DNA of 64,000 nucleotides, from contig OX597823.1 of assembly GCA_951406725.2 (NCBI GenBank), forward strand, positions 74,896,001-74,960,000, in the 5' to 3' direction. Below are positions 24,312-37,315 of the stretch, one piece after another. Under the pieces are notes generated by a model. That model saw nothing but the letters and a program-made list of their open reading frames with translations, searched no databases and had not been told where the DNA came from. This stretch comes from Octopus vulgaris. Lineage: Eukaryota. The position numbers and the translations under genes are program-made. Each line of letters opens with the position of its first letter. The stretch's first letter is position 1.

Positions 24312-27289
24312 ATATTGCTGTAACTTAATACGATTTGCAATAAAGTGTTTCGTGATGATCCATTGTGGTTCATCATGTAAATGCAATTGGAATATCTATA
24401 ACAAGGATTACAATACCATAATGGTAAAAGGCATCTAGGTATTATAATATAAATTTGAGTCTATGCTTATTGCTCATATATATATATATATATATATATA
24501 TAACTGTGTGTGTTTCTACGTCTGTATATATGTGTATATGTGTGTGTAAAACACATACATACAGACGCGTGCACGCGCGCGCACACACACGTATGTATTG
24601 CTGGTTTTATTTACGTTCCCATAATGCACTAGGGTCTAATTGTTTGGATAAACCCTTCAAGATAAACCGTTTACACTCAGACTTAGTCATCAGCCTTTCC
24701 ACAAAGTGTCACAAAACTGATTGCCCATTCAACGGGCTTATATTCCTTTAGAATGCAGTCGACTTTGACCAGTGACATTTATTTTCATCAGGGACTGATG
24801 AAAGTCGGTTTCCGCTGAATAGAAGAGCATGGAGCTGTGCTCATTGTGGCTGAGGTAAGCTGTGGTTTCTACATTCAATCTTTCTAAGTAAAAAGAACGC
24901 TAAATGTTTCAATACCTACTTAAGAACCTCATTCACGTCTCATCGCTTCATTGCATTTACACATCAGCGCTACATTCTTTTTACCATTATTCGGTGTCTA
25001 AAGAATGCATTCATCCATACATTATTTTTACATAACTCGCACACTTTTCTGCTATTTAAACTGACACTCCTTATCATCTGCGAAAAATATCTGCAATGAA
25101 TTTACGGAATCATCATACCCTATTTTATTAAATGATGATAGAAAATATAAGCGGTAATCCATGTATGAGCCACCCTTTCGCTTCTCACTTTGCATAGTAT
25201 TCCACTTTCCAGCGAATGCCATTTCCTATTAAATCTGGTGTTTCCACTCGGATACTTCTGCGCGATCTACATACATATCGGTCAAGTATGGAGAGATACC
25301 CGACTGATTTAAACCAATACATCAATAACGCTAGAACATGTCCTTGCATGTCTTCTACACATTTCGTAACAGAGCTTACCGCTATATTCAGTAAGAAGTT
25401 TAATTTAAGAAGATGCCGCAGTATTTCGAAGCTTATATCAATGTAACCCATTTCAAAGCAAAGAAAAGTACGTACTCTGATTAAGTAAAATAACATGCGA
25501 ATGCTCTTCTATCACCACCAATTTAACGAATCGCATTTATAATGACGCTGTCTCACATGTCAAATATTTCTCTCACTCTCGATGACAGGTAAGCGCGGCT
25601 TCTGTCGAACTAACTCCACTGGATATCTTGTTTGTTTTGTGACTCACCATAGATGTGCATTTCAGGCAATGTTGTAACTTTAGATATCAGCAAACTTGTA
25701 GCAAGCACACAAATATTTGAAATGTTCTTTGATCAGCCATACACTCAAACATCTTAGGTCTTCCTTAGATTTTGGCTTCGTCCATTATCACTTCTTGATA
25801 GATATCAAGGTCGATACCCCCAACGACGCCTACTGTTATGCAGATAATATGAAGTGATGTTTTGCCCTAAATTTTCTGACCATACATCATCAACCACACC
25901 ACAGAATAAACGTGTGATAATACCACAAAATAACTCGAATGTAATCACAAATTGCAGTTATTTTGAATGTAAAGTTTCGACAAAATGTTTTTGCCGGTCC
26001 ACATTTAATTAATCGTGAATATCACTGGCTGGTGTAAAAGTCGGTTAACATCATTTTTAGCACTCTATTCCGTTATAGCAATAGTATTAAAATTCATTGA
26101 ATGTGCACGTTGTAAAACTATAAGACTTATTTCACAGCCTCAAACAGAGCAGTACTGCCATAAAATTGATTTAATTTCCTGGAATACAAAAGACGATTTC
26201 TCTACGTTGTCTAATGAAACCGATAATAAGTCTTAACACTTAAGGGGGTTCGATGTTAAAATCGATAAATTCTGAGCGCTAACGAATTTTGTGTCGTTCT
26301 ATGCATTCAATCCCTGTTCCATTATTTTGTTTCTCATGTAAAAGTATATGTGCATCGGTGTGTGTTAAGAGGGCATACACGTGCGTGTAACTGCCTTTTC
26401 TTTGTTTCATTTTATTTGTTCGCATACAATAAAATATATTGATAAATTAAAAAGAAAAAAAAGAATACAAAGAAAGTGTAGCTTATGGTTATCGGCCAGT
26501 AGTAATTATTAACTACGTATTAGCGAAAATCCATGATAATTGAAGCTTTAAAATATAAATAAGCTCATTTTCAATATTCCATCAATTAATTTCTTAACTG
26601 AAGATTTGTTGTAGCTTTCTTGTTTTTTTTTACAATGTATTCAAATCCTGTTTGTTTTAAATGACACTATATGTTATCCACATAAGTGTTATTTTTCACG
26701 TGCTGTATAGAACTTAGTAAACGAAAAGCGGGGAATCCTAACTCGTTTAGTAAACGCATTACACATAGAAGATATTTCTATCTTTGTCACATTACGTATT
26801 ATTGCATAATACAGTTTCATATAGACTCTCTTGATAAGGACGCAATACTCATGGAAGAATTATCTGTGATGGAGATTGATTTAGCCAGAAATTAAATTAA
26901 GGCAAGGTACACGATCAAAATAATAAACAAAAATAATGTTGCATCTCAAAATTATTGTTCTTAGCCGTAATTAATTCGCTTTACACGTGCTTTTCTCTGT
27001 GTTAAAAATGCATATCACCAATTTAATTTACATGCATGTTGATTGATATTTGATCGACTAAATATAGGAGACAAATGTTATTCAAATATATCCTTAATAA
27101 TCTTGGTTAAGTAAATATTTTCTTAGCTCACATTGTTCTAAGCAGACCTGGGGAGACAGACAGACCATTATCAAAAATGTCTATTATCACAGGTCTGTCA
27201 AATCACGGGATAGTTTGTATGTAAAATAAATCAACAACTGCAGGTACTGAAGCAGAATCAGCGGCAAAAAAGTTAAAATTATATCTATA

Positions 27290-27707
27290 TTCTTTTATTC
27301 TTTCTTTTTTCTTTTACTTGTTTCAGTCATTTGACTGCGGCCATGCTGGAGCACCGCCTTTAATCGAGCAACTCGACCCCGGGACTTATTCTTTTGTAAG
27401 GCCAGTATTTATTCTATCGGTCTCTTTGCCGAACCGCTAAGTAACGGGGGCATAAACACACTAGCATCGGTTGTCAAGCAATGCTAGGGGACAAACACAG
27501 ACACACAAACACATATGCGCATATATATATATATATACATATATACGACGGGCTTCTTTCAGTTTCCGTCCACCAAATCCACTCAAAAGGCTTTGGTCGG
27601 CCCGAGGCTATAGTAGAAGACCATGCCCAAGGTGCCACGCAGTGGGACTGGGCCCGGAACCATGTGGTTGGTAAACAAGCTACCTACCACACACCCACTC
27701 CTGCGCC
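27290..27707 (-). mobile_element. Full-length tRNA-derived SINE, family 1
   Basis: Reverse complement closely matches 5773-6187 end to end. Confidence 0.93.
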
Positions 27708-27712
27708 TATAG

Positions 27713-27751
<39 letters not shown>

Positions 27752-28127
27752 TATGAATAATTAATATATGTTACGCAGACTTTAGAACTGTACAAAGCAA
27801 TAAAATTATTTTGTAACTGTTTCATCCAAATACAAAAATGCATTTCATTTATGGTATCCTCTACCAGTCGGAAACCAGACAATCCCTTAAGCTATTCTTT
27901 TAGTCTAGATTCTATATATTACTCTATTTGGCACATAATACTTATCTTTAAAGCAGAAAAAACTACAACGCTTAAAATGTTAAAAACAATGTCTTATGCA
28001 TTTTCTTTAAAGACGTTATAAATATTTGATTCGGTCTTCATTTACCTAACTAAGAACAGTTCTTAGTGGTAAGACCATAGCGGAACTACTTCTAGCTTAA
28101 CGGCATCCGCATAGTGGTTTCCCTATC

Positions 28128-28160
<33 letters not shown>

Positions 28161-28173
<13 letters not shown>

Positions 28174-28417
28174 ATATTAGGGAATGAATCCAAAATCACA
28201 GGGAAAAATCAGATTTAGGGTTAAATCCAATTTTATAGTAAAATATTATATAATATAATTCGAGACAAAACCACTATTTTAAAACCAAACAAGGAAAGAC
28301 TTAATCAATACATAAAATTTTAATATAAATTAAATAATTATTTAATTTATATTAAAATTTAATGTATTGATTAAGTCTTTCCTTGTTTGGTTTTAAAATA
28401 GTGGTTTTGTCTCGAAT

Positions 28418-28428
<11 letters not shown>
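28161..28428. mobile_element. (TA)n-bounded fold-back element; palindrome 28247-28428 (about 91-bp arms, 1 mismatch, no spacer)
   Basis: Symmetry centre 28337/28338; the left portion is the reverse complement of about 63165-63322. Confidence 0.9.
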
Positions 28429-28495
<67 letters not shown>

Positions 28496-29091
28496 GTAAG
28501 TTTATATAACCAAAGCGACAGATGAGGTTGGGTGCTGAGAAGGCACCTTGTGCAAGTTACTACAACTACAGCCTAGAGTCGGCCAAAAGCTGGTGCGAGT
28601 TCATTCGCTAATCGTTTATTCCATTGCGGAAATTGTTGGGGACGTTGAAGATTTGACATTTGATGCGACTGATGTTTGTTAAGTATATGGAGTGATGTGT
28701 AAAAATGTCCTTTTTATTTACATTGAAATAATGTTTTTTTTCGAACAGTCACTTATTAAATACTGTCTTTTATCTTTTCAAATGAATTTAAACAACACCG
28801 GCTAAAACAGAAATATTCATTAAACAATATAAATTTTCAAAATAACAAATATGTTCCTTTGAATCAACATGTAACTGCACTTTGTGAATTGAAACAATAA
28901 CGATGCAAGAACTTTTATTCCTAAAATCTGAAATTTATTCGTTCCTTGAGTTACATTCAACACAAAAAGTGGGTTGTCATCTACAGACGTAAACACAACC
29001 TATTTTGGACATTATAATAGTATCTATATTACTACAAACCTCGTTGGTTTGTTAGACTTGCTGATATAAGTAAAATAGTTTCAACTGTAAA

Positions 29092-29379
29092 TCTATATAT
29101 ATAAAAGTGAAGTTGTGTGAGTGTCTGTCTCCTACGATTTAGATTCCTAACTACTCCCACATTTTGCGGTGCAGTTTAACCAAAACCGTGTATCTTATAG
29201 TCGTGATTCATATCGAGCCCTTCTGGGTATTAGCACGCGTCTACGATGAGTCTACGATTTTAAAAATAATTTACCATCACTTTTTTCCATTTTTAATGCA
29301 TTTTTTCGCTTTTATATAAGGGAAGTAACTCTCTAAAAATGCTTATACAAACCCGAGCAACGCCGGGCGATACTGCTAG
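29092..29379 (+). mobile_element. Complete non-autonomous Helitron (288 bp)
   Basis: Starts A|TCTATATATATAAAAG; ends CCCGAGCAACGCCGGG hairpin, then CTAG|T; sits in an A-T dinucleotide with no TSD. Confidence 0.88.
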
Positions 29380-29512
29380 TATTACATAAAGGTTAACAGT
29401 CTAAATACATGGAACACGAATGATAAGCATTAACAGTTATAGTGAACACAAAGGTCCTTTACATTTTACATATTAACCATGTAGGATTGATATAATTCTA
29501 TTACCTATTAAT

Positions 29513-29578
<66 letters not shown>

Positions 29579-29589
29579 TCAAAATCATA

Positions 29590-29760
29590 ATTCAATGTCT
29601 GCTTCTATTGCTGGTTAGATGGCTAGACTTGAGTTGATGAACCAGAGAGCTACACCAGTTTCCAGTCTGATTTGGCATTGTTTCTACAGCTAGATATTTC
29701 TCCTAATGCCAAGCATTCCAAGGGTAAGATGGATGCTTCTACGTGCCACCGATATCAACA
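29590..29760 (-). mobile_element. Decayed copy of the RTE-tailed SINE
   Basis: CCAGTCTGATTTGGCA..TTTCTACAGCTAGAT..CCTAATGCCAA..TACGTGCCACC matches the reverse complement of about 19920-20090. Confidence 0.7.
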
Positions 29761-29819
29761 GCAACTATGATTCACTTGTGGTATTTTCATATACATACAT
29801 ATATATATATATGTGTGTC

Positions 29820-29903
<84 letters not shown>

Positions 29904-30954
29904 GAGAGGGAGAGAGTGCTAAGCGAGATAACTAGATAGATATACATATATATTTTAACACACTTTATATTTGAAACAATAGTTGTTTGGAAAAGATCCA
30001 ATTTGTATAACGGCCAATAATTTTTTCAATATTTACACATCTGTTATTGTAGATATTTTTCTCATACTGTGTGATTTTGGAAATAGCCATTTTAATGAAG
30101 AATTGATGAGATGCTCAAGATTAATACCTCAACACTCGAACAAACCCACCTTTGTCTAAATTAGCAATAAATTAATGGGGATAATGAAAAAAATATTACT
30201 TTAAGTGATACAAATCGGGAGAAGAATCTTGAAATGATTAAAAACACTAAATGGACAATATAAATTCTTACAAAAATATATAGTAAATTATAAGAAAAAT
30301 AATAAAGTAGTGAAAATCAAATTAACTGTAAAATCTTATTGATATTAATTTCCTAAGGACCTCGAATTCAAAATTATTTGTTCCATATTTTAAAAGAACA
30401 TTTTAGAAAACAGACTCTTTGTATAGAACAGGCATTATATTTGAATGATGAAGAGAGATAAACATTTGCAAGTATGTGAATGCTTAGCAGGTATGTTAAT
30501 ATTTAGCAAGTATGTTAATAATTTCTTTTATCATTTCCAGCTCCAACGATATCGTTTCAACCTCAATATGTATGCTTTATTTGTAACATAACCATAATCT
30601 TTATACTGAGAAGATCACTTCATAAAATTCTTCCATATATTTTGGAGCATTGTAAAGTAAGTAATTTTTAAAGTTCATCATTGGTATTCGCAATATTTTA
30701 CCATACAAAAATATGTCATGCAATAAAGATAGAAGTTTAATATTGTGATTCGAGTCTGTACATTAGGGTGAAATCCTTTGTTTTCTACTCTATTTCATAT
30801 TAAGAGAATATCACATTTTAATATAAAGTATGAAATATATGGATTTAAATTATAGGATAAAATGCAATCTCACTTGTTGGTACAAGTAATGTATTATGGA
30901 TGCATGTCCAATATATTTATTGCTTTAGAATATCCGAATTTCATAAACATATGT

Positions 30955-32416
30955 GAGTAGCGATGAAGCAAATGGGAAAATTCAACATTCAATCCATTAT
31001 CAGGATCCTGTAGCTTATATTGGGGGCTTAGCTTATATGAATATATATTTCGCAAAATAATATTGCAAAAAATATCTTTTTTTTCTTACCAATACAAATA
31101 AATGTCAATTTTCTAGTCGTTGGAGCTTTTGCCGATTATACATTCTCAAAAGTGTTTAAAGTGTACACATATGCTCACACAAACGCATCAACACATACAC
31201 ATTCACAAACATATACCCACACTGACTCTGACGCGCCATTATATATATATATATATATATATGTTTATCTTTATATACTAGCATCACGCATATATTTTTC
31301 ATGTTATCTCTGTCTTCCTTGCCACCTCCCCCTCAAGTTGACTCCACATGTGGCCCCCTTGTAGCATTTGTTAAGCGTCTACTTTGGACATGTTTACCCA
31401 CTTTCTTCTCTATTTTCTTTTCTCCAACTCTGTTATGTCTGTTGAAAAGCTTACGCTCGAAACGTAAAATAATTCTGCAGCCCTATCCTGCACGTAAACC
31501 AAATACAAGCTGTTTGTTTTTCTACATCGTCTTCGTGTTTGCTTCTTTTATTCAATTTATATATATATATGTATATATATCAATGAGAGTGAGAGAGAGA
31601 AAGGGGGAGAGAGAAAGACAGAGATAGATGGATTGATAGATAGATTGATAGATAGATGATAGATGGATAGATGGATAAATTGTTAGAGAGACACATATAG
31701 GAAATCACACATTAACATTCGCACTAATATATGTATGAAGATGTTGAACTCACACGGTTTTCGGTCCGTGCACCAGATACTTCTTAGACGGAAGGCATCG
31801 TAGAATACAAGCTATGCATAAAGAACTGCATGATATATGTGTAGTAGTAAGATAAAACGTGCAGCCGCTTCTTTGATTAGAATTTGCTTAAAGGCAAAGA
31901 GATGAAAGTGCTCTGTATCGAGTTTTATCAACGAAAAACACATACATCGGACACTCTATGGACACACAATGAGGCGACACATAGATAAATGCTAAACCAA
32001 AACAGAAGTAAAGTAAAACTCAATCTAAGAACAACCTGCTATTTTACAAAAGAACAAGAGAACAACAGTTGATGGCCATTATCTTCAAAACCAAATATAT
32101 TTGACGTAAAAAATTATTGACTGCTTTTGACTTACTATCTATAAGCAACTTTCCTTTTATGAGAATTATCCCAATTCTAATACTTCTTATGTCAAATTGA
32201 TAAAATAGGCCCCTAATCTAATATCAAGAGAACGTATTTATTGAATGCTAGGCACATGATGAAAGAAACATGTCAATAACAAGATGTCTATTTGATAAGA
32301 AAAAGTACGAATAGCGTTGAGACAAATAGGAAAAATCAGCATTCAGTCCACTATTTGATCCTGTAGCTTATGTTAGAGATATAGATTATATGAATATCTA
32401 TTTCAGAAGATAATAT
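30955..32416 (+). repeat. Diverged direct repeat of ~108 bp (30955-31062 and 32309-32416)
   Basis: Shared CATTCA.TCCA.TAT..GATCCTGTAGCTTAT..TAG.TTATATGAATAT.TATTTC. Confidence 0.75.
31280..31560 (+). mobile_element. (TA)n-bounded element with hammerhead-like motif (same family as 43541-43690)
   Basis: TTATGT CTGTTGA A AAGC-TTAC-GCTC GAAAC GTA AAATAA at 31433-31472; the downstream 80 bp align to the reverse complement of 43545-43630. Confidence 0.6.
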
Positions 32417-32511
32417 AATGTCTTGTGTCGTATTAGATTTTTATTAATCTTAGACAACATTCCTTCAAAGAAATTTGTTAAAATTCAGTATAAAGAAAAA
32501 GAAAAATGCAA

Positions 32512-32618
32512 CTAATTTCAACGACCTCAGAGGAGTTTGAAATCAGGACATAAAGACGGACGAAATATAGCTAAGCATTTCTTCTGGCGTGGTAACAATT
32601 CTGGCTGCTCACTGATTT
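32512..32618 (-). mobile_element. 5' part of SINE family 2
   Basis: CGACCTCAGAGGAGTTTGAAATCAGGACATAAAGACGGACGAAATATAGCTAAGCATTT aligns with 41540-41600. Confidence 0.7.
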
Positions 32619-32619
32619 C

Positions 32620-33063
<444 letters not shown>

Positions 33064-34288
33064 AACACTTTAGCTGTCCCAGTTATATGTTACAGCTACA
33101 GCATCCTTAACTGGACACTAAATGATCTGACCAAAATAGATAGGAAAACAAGAAAAATAATGACAGGATCTAGGATGCATCACCCAAAATCTGACATAGA
33201 AAGACTATATATACAACGTATGGAAGGTGGTAGAGGCCTTATACAGCTGGAAAACTACTATAAAATAACCACCATAGGTCTGCAAAAATATCTACTTCAG
33301 AAGGAAGGAAGGAAAACTGATACACATAGCGGCAAAACATGAGCAAAACAAAAAAACTGTTCTCAGTATTTAAGGAAGCTGACAAATACAAACTAGAAAT
33401 CATACCACCTAACAAATATGAAGAAGAAGAAGAAGAAGAAGAAGAAGAAGAAGAAGAAGAAGAAGAAGAAGAAGAAGAAGAAGAAACAACAAACGGTATA
33501 AAACAAATGAAATCCAAACTAAAACTAGAACAGCAAAGAACCATGATAACACGACGGCAAGAAAATCCCCTTCATGGTATATACTGGACTAAACTAAATG
33601 CAAAAGAAATAGACAAAGAAAAATCCCAGCAATGGTTGAGAAGCTCAGGACTCAAAGCAGAAACAGAGGGATTTTTAATTGCAGCACAAGACCAAAGCCT
33701 CCCCACCAGAAATTACCAAAAACATATAATGAAAAGAAATATAACAAGTAACTGCAGAATATGTGGAGATGGACAAGAAACAATAAATCATATTATCTCT
33801 GGCTGCCCAGTCCTGGCTAAGAAGGAATATATTCACAGACATGACAGAGTTGGAACCTACATACACTGAAAACTATGCCAACATTATGGAATAACAACAG
33901 AAAAAAGATGGTATAGGCACACACCAGAAAAGGTCACAGAAAACGAAAAAGCAACCATACTCTGGGATATGCCGATACACACAGATAGAGAAATTAAGGC
34001 CAACAGACCAGATATAGTTGTCAGAGGTCATGAAGAAAAAAATGCTTTGTAATTGATGTATCAATACCGGCAGATGACAACGTGTCTCTAAAAGAAATGG
34101 AGAAACTTTCAAAATACAAAGACCTGGAAATAGAGGTAACCAGAATGTGGAATCTAAAAACAGAAACAATTCCTATCATAGTAGGTGCATTAGGCATAAT
34201 AAAAAATATTCAGACAAATACATAACAAAAACACCAGGACTTACAAACATATAACATACAGAAAATTGCACTACTAGGCACTGCACAC
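33064..34288 (+). mobile_element. 5'-truncated R4/Dong-clade non-LTR retrotransposon (RT thumb, CCHC, restriction-like endonuclease), pseudogenised
   Basis: IDRKTRKIMT, HHPKSDIERLYI..EGGRGL, LKAETEGFLIAAQDQ, CRICG..ETINHIISGC, RHDRV, ANRPDIVV, KLSKYKDL, IIVGALG, ALLGTAH; frameshifts and a stop; abuts (AAT)n(AAG)n. Confidence 0.93.
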
Positions 34289-34715
34289 AGATTTGCTTGT
34301 CAGGTGTTTGATCTTACCCGGTCGAGCATGTCCTTTAGTGGTTGACGATATGTGCATCTCTGATCACGAGCAGAAATGGTGGGGAAGCATCATAGCCATG
34401 TGTTGACAGGGATTCTTTGGGGTTTAAATAATTTACCTCTGGAATCATGGATGTTTCGTTCAACATCCTTAAACAACCCTTATTCAGGAACCTTTTGAGC
34501 AGGTTAGGTTACTCGACCAGAAGAAAATTTTAACTGGACCGCACCTGCAAAGTCCTCTGGTGTTTATCTTGATATGAGATCACCATGTTGCGCACATATA
34601 GCTGTGATGCATGTGCCTAGTGTGCCCTCATCAGACGGGTAGACTTGATGGGTATACTGGGTTTCGTATATTTTACCCCAGCGTCACTTAGATGGCATGC
34701 ACTGCTCTCTCACTC
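34286..34715 (+). mobile_element. Non-coding interspersed element ending CTCTCTCACTC-(AAT)n; possible Dong partner or 3' UTR
   Basis: Related pieces at 10843-11012 and 47496-47508; the tip is joined to AAT repeats at both 34715 and 47496. Confidence 0.7.
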
Positions 34716-34755
34716 AATAATAATAAGTATGATGATGATGATGATGATGATGATG

Positions 34756-34823
<68 letters not shown>
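34716..34823. repeat. (GAT)n-(AAT)n microsatellite
   Basis: Read directly from the sequence. Confidence 0.97.
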
Positions 34824-34824
<1 letters not shown>

Positions 34825-35107
34825 CGCGTTATTTGCTACGAGTGGGAAAAGAATAATAGTACGTTACGAAGATAAATGTCTGTAAAACCTGGATATACTT
34901 AGACAAAGAGACAAACACTAAAAACTACAATTAGTAAAATAATTCGCCAATGGAAGTCGTATCACACAGGGACAACCATAGAATACCATCGATCCTGGTA
35001 CCACTCCACCATTTGGCAAAGTTGCCACAACGATTCGACACATGCTATATTCTGACTAGGCCCATTTATTCTGATTACCTCCCCCTATGTTTGCTCGCAT
35101 TTCAATA

Positions 35108-35400
35108 TCTATTATATAAAATCCGTTCTGTCTGTCTGTGTGTGTGTGTTTGTGTCTTCTAGGATCTCGGACATCCTCTATCCGATTGCACTTAAATTTG
35201 ACATGTATATACCGACGGTATCAGGGCGTGTATAAATTTTGAAAAAAATACAAGAATTGATTCCAGTCGAGAATGCGATCCATAAAGCCGTGGGAACGTG
35301 CATTTGTACGCGCAAGTGCATCAGCTGTTGCCACTAGATTTTCCATGCCCTTGAACATCCCGTAAAGTAAGCTTAAAATTAGTTACTTAGTTCCATAGGT
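35108..35400 (+). mobile_element. Non-autonomous Helitron 5' portion (3' end not found)
   Basis: A|TCTATTATATAAAATCCGTTCTGTCTGTCTGTGTG start; CCGATTGCACTTAAATTTGACATG resembles the reverse complement of the 22.3-kb Helitron units. Confidence 0.6.
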
Positions 35401-37259
35401 TGTTGCTTTTCATACAAAATCGCCCCAAGTTGATTTCCTTCATGTTTTATCGGATAAGCTTATTGTCCCAATTACGTTCTTATAAAGTCATCATGCTTTT
35501 CCATCTAGATTTACCTCCAGTGAAACCATTTGCATGCATCGTTTTTGTCCTGCTTTTCTTCCGTCAACGTGTACATATCTGCACCTTCCATTTTTTGTTG
35601 TTTTTGTACTGCTTAAAGGCACGTTTCTGCCAAGCTTACTGTTTAAACCATGTTTGTGTTCTCCCAGTCAACAACTTTATCATTACTGGTACTTTAAACT
35701 CTTTGGTTGAAAATTTGTGTGAATAAAATCGTTTTTCTTTGGAATAGAAAAAAGTCTATCTTTATTGCTTCTTTTGCTGGTGTCTCAAATTTAGGTTAAG
35801 TCTGTGTTTCTCCAAGGAGAGGCCTATGGGACGGTCGGACAAGTTCTTTTGAGAAAATTTGGTTATATATATATACTTGGAGGGGTAACGGCCAATTCTT
35901 CACCTTGAGTCACTAGGCCAGACGGATTTAATAGCATTAATTCCTTGCCAGAAGTTCGATCGTAACTTATTCGATCAATCTAGGAAGAAGGGAATACAAA
36001 TTTAGCTGGCGTCCTAATTATTTTGTTTTTCCTCCGCCAGCCATACACATATATAATACATACGATAGATAAATATTGTTACTTTCCATGTCTTTAGGTT
36101 TCAACCTATGTCATTTCACAGAAATAAGAAAATTACAAACATAAACAGATTTAGCTTTGCACAGATTAATAAGAAAGCGAACACAGTAATCTTGTTATCT
36201 GTTTCAAACATACATACACACACGCATGCATGCACACTCACACACACTTTTATACGTGTACACAAATACACACGCATACTCACATACACATACTCACATA
36301 CACATACACACAGAAATGTATTATGTATATTATTTCACCAATTTGTTCATTATTTTTCTTAAAGGTTTCTTGCTATAATGAATAAAATATTGTGCAAAAT
36401 ATTAGAACGAAATATAAATACTTGTGTTTTTTTTTTCTTTTTTTTTTCTTATTCCCATTGGCTTTTCAGACGATATTGGATGAACATCCCTGAAATATCA
36501 GAAATATATTCTGCGTCTGTTGCATTTGCATTCAGTCATCAAACAGATCCACGGAATTGAAATAAGAGAGCAGCATCAGACTGATTCACATACTGCACGG
36601 ATCATTTCCCCGACCGTTGATTACAATCTCGAAATCTATCATGTTTGATGTTTCCATTGAGTTGTTAAAAGCCCCCATATAATTTATTTTAGCCTTTCCG
36701 TCATTACCCATCGACAAACAGCAAGCAATTTTATGTGCCTTCTGATGAGGACTTGTTTCCAATGACCGACTCTGTATTCATGCAGCAACGATCAAATAAA
36801 ACAATCTTTGTTGTCCACTTCCACAAGTTCACGCTTAAATAAACAACAGCATATCAAGTAGCATCCCCATTTCCCATTTCTATATTGCTGCTGTTATCAT
36901 AAGTAATCAAAAAAGAAATATCATTGCATGAAAAAATATAAATAAGACCAACACAATATATTTATATAAATATTCTTGTGACGTATACAATCAGTTTTAT
37001 ACACATGCGAGATAATTGCACAATAAATAGTCCCAATTACGTACACGTACATACAAATGCGTAGGTTGATTTGTTCAATCGAATTTGTAGAGAAACCCAT
37101 ATTACTATGAATATACTAAGAATAATTTGCGTGTAAGAGAAATGCAGTTTAATTAATATTTGGAGTAACTTAATAATTATCGCATTACGTTGTGCGCGGA
37201 TGTGATTGCGTCTGCATGCACACATACATACATGCATATATACATATATACATATGTAC

Positions 37260-37315
<56 letters not shown>

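Noticed and set aside
24783-24820. CTGATGA core-like 7-mer
   Set aside because: It is one arm of a local 9-bp hairpin; no GAAAC or GUH in register
25185-25990. Possible Tc1/mariner remnant on the minus strand
   Set aside because: No catalytic motif or TIR could be read with confidence
34620-34672. Minus-strand GAAAC..GTC..CTGATGA suggesting a type II hammerhead
   Set aside because: Stems I, II and III cannot be paired convincingly
36742-36765. CTGATGA followed by GGA..TCC
   Set aside because: No GAAA after the stem and no stem I partner
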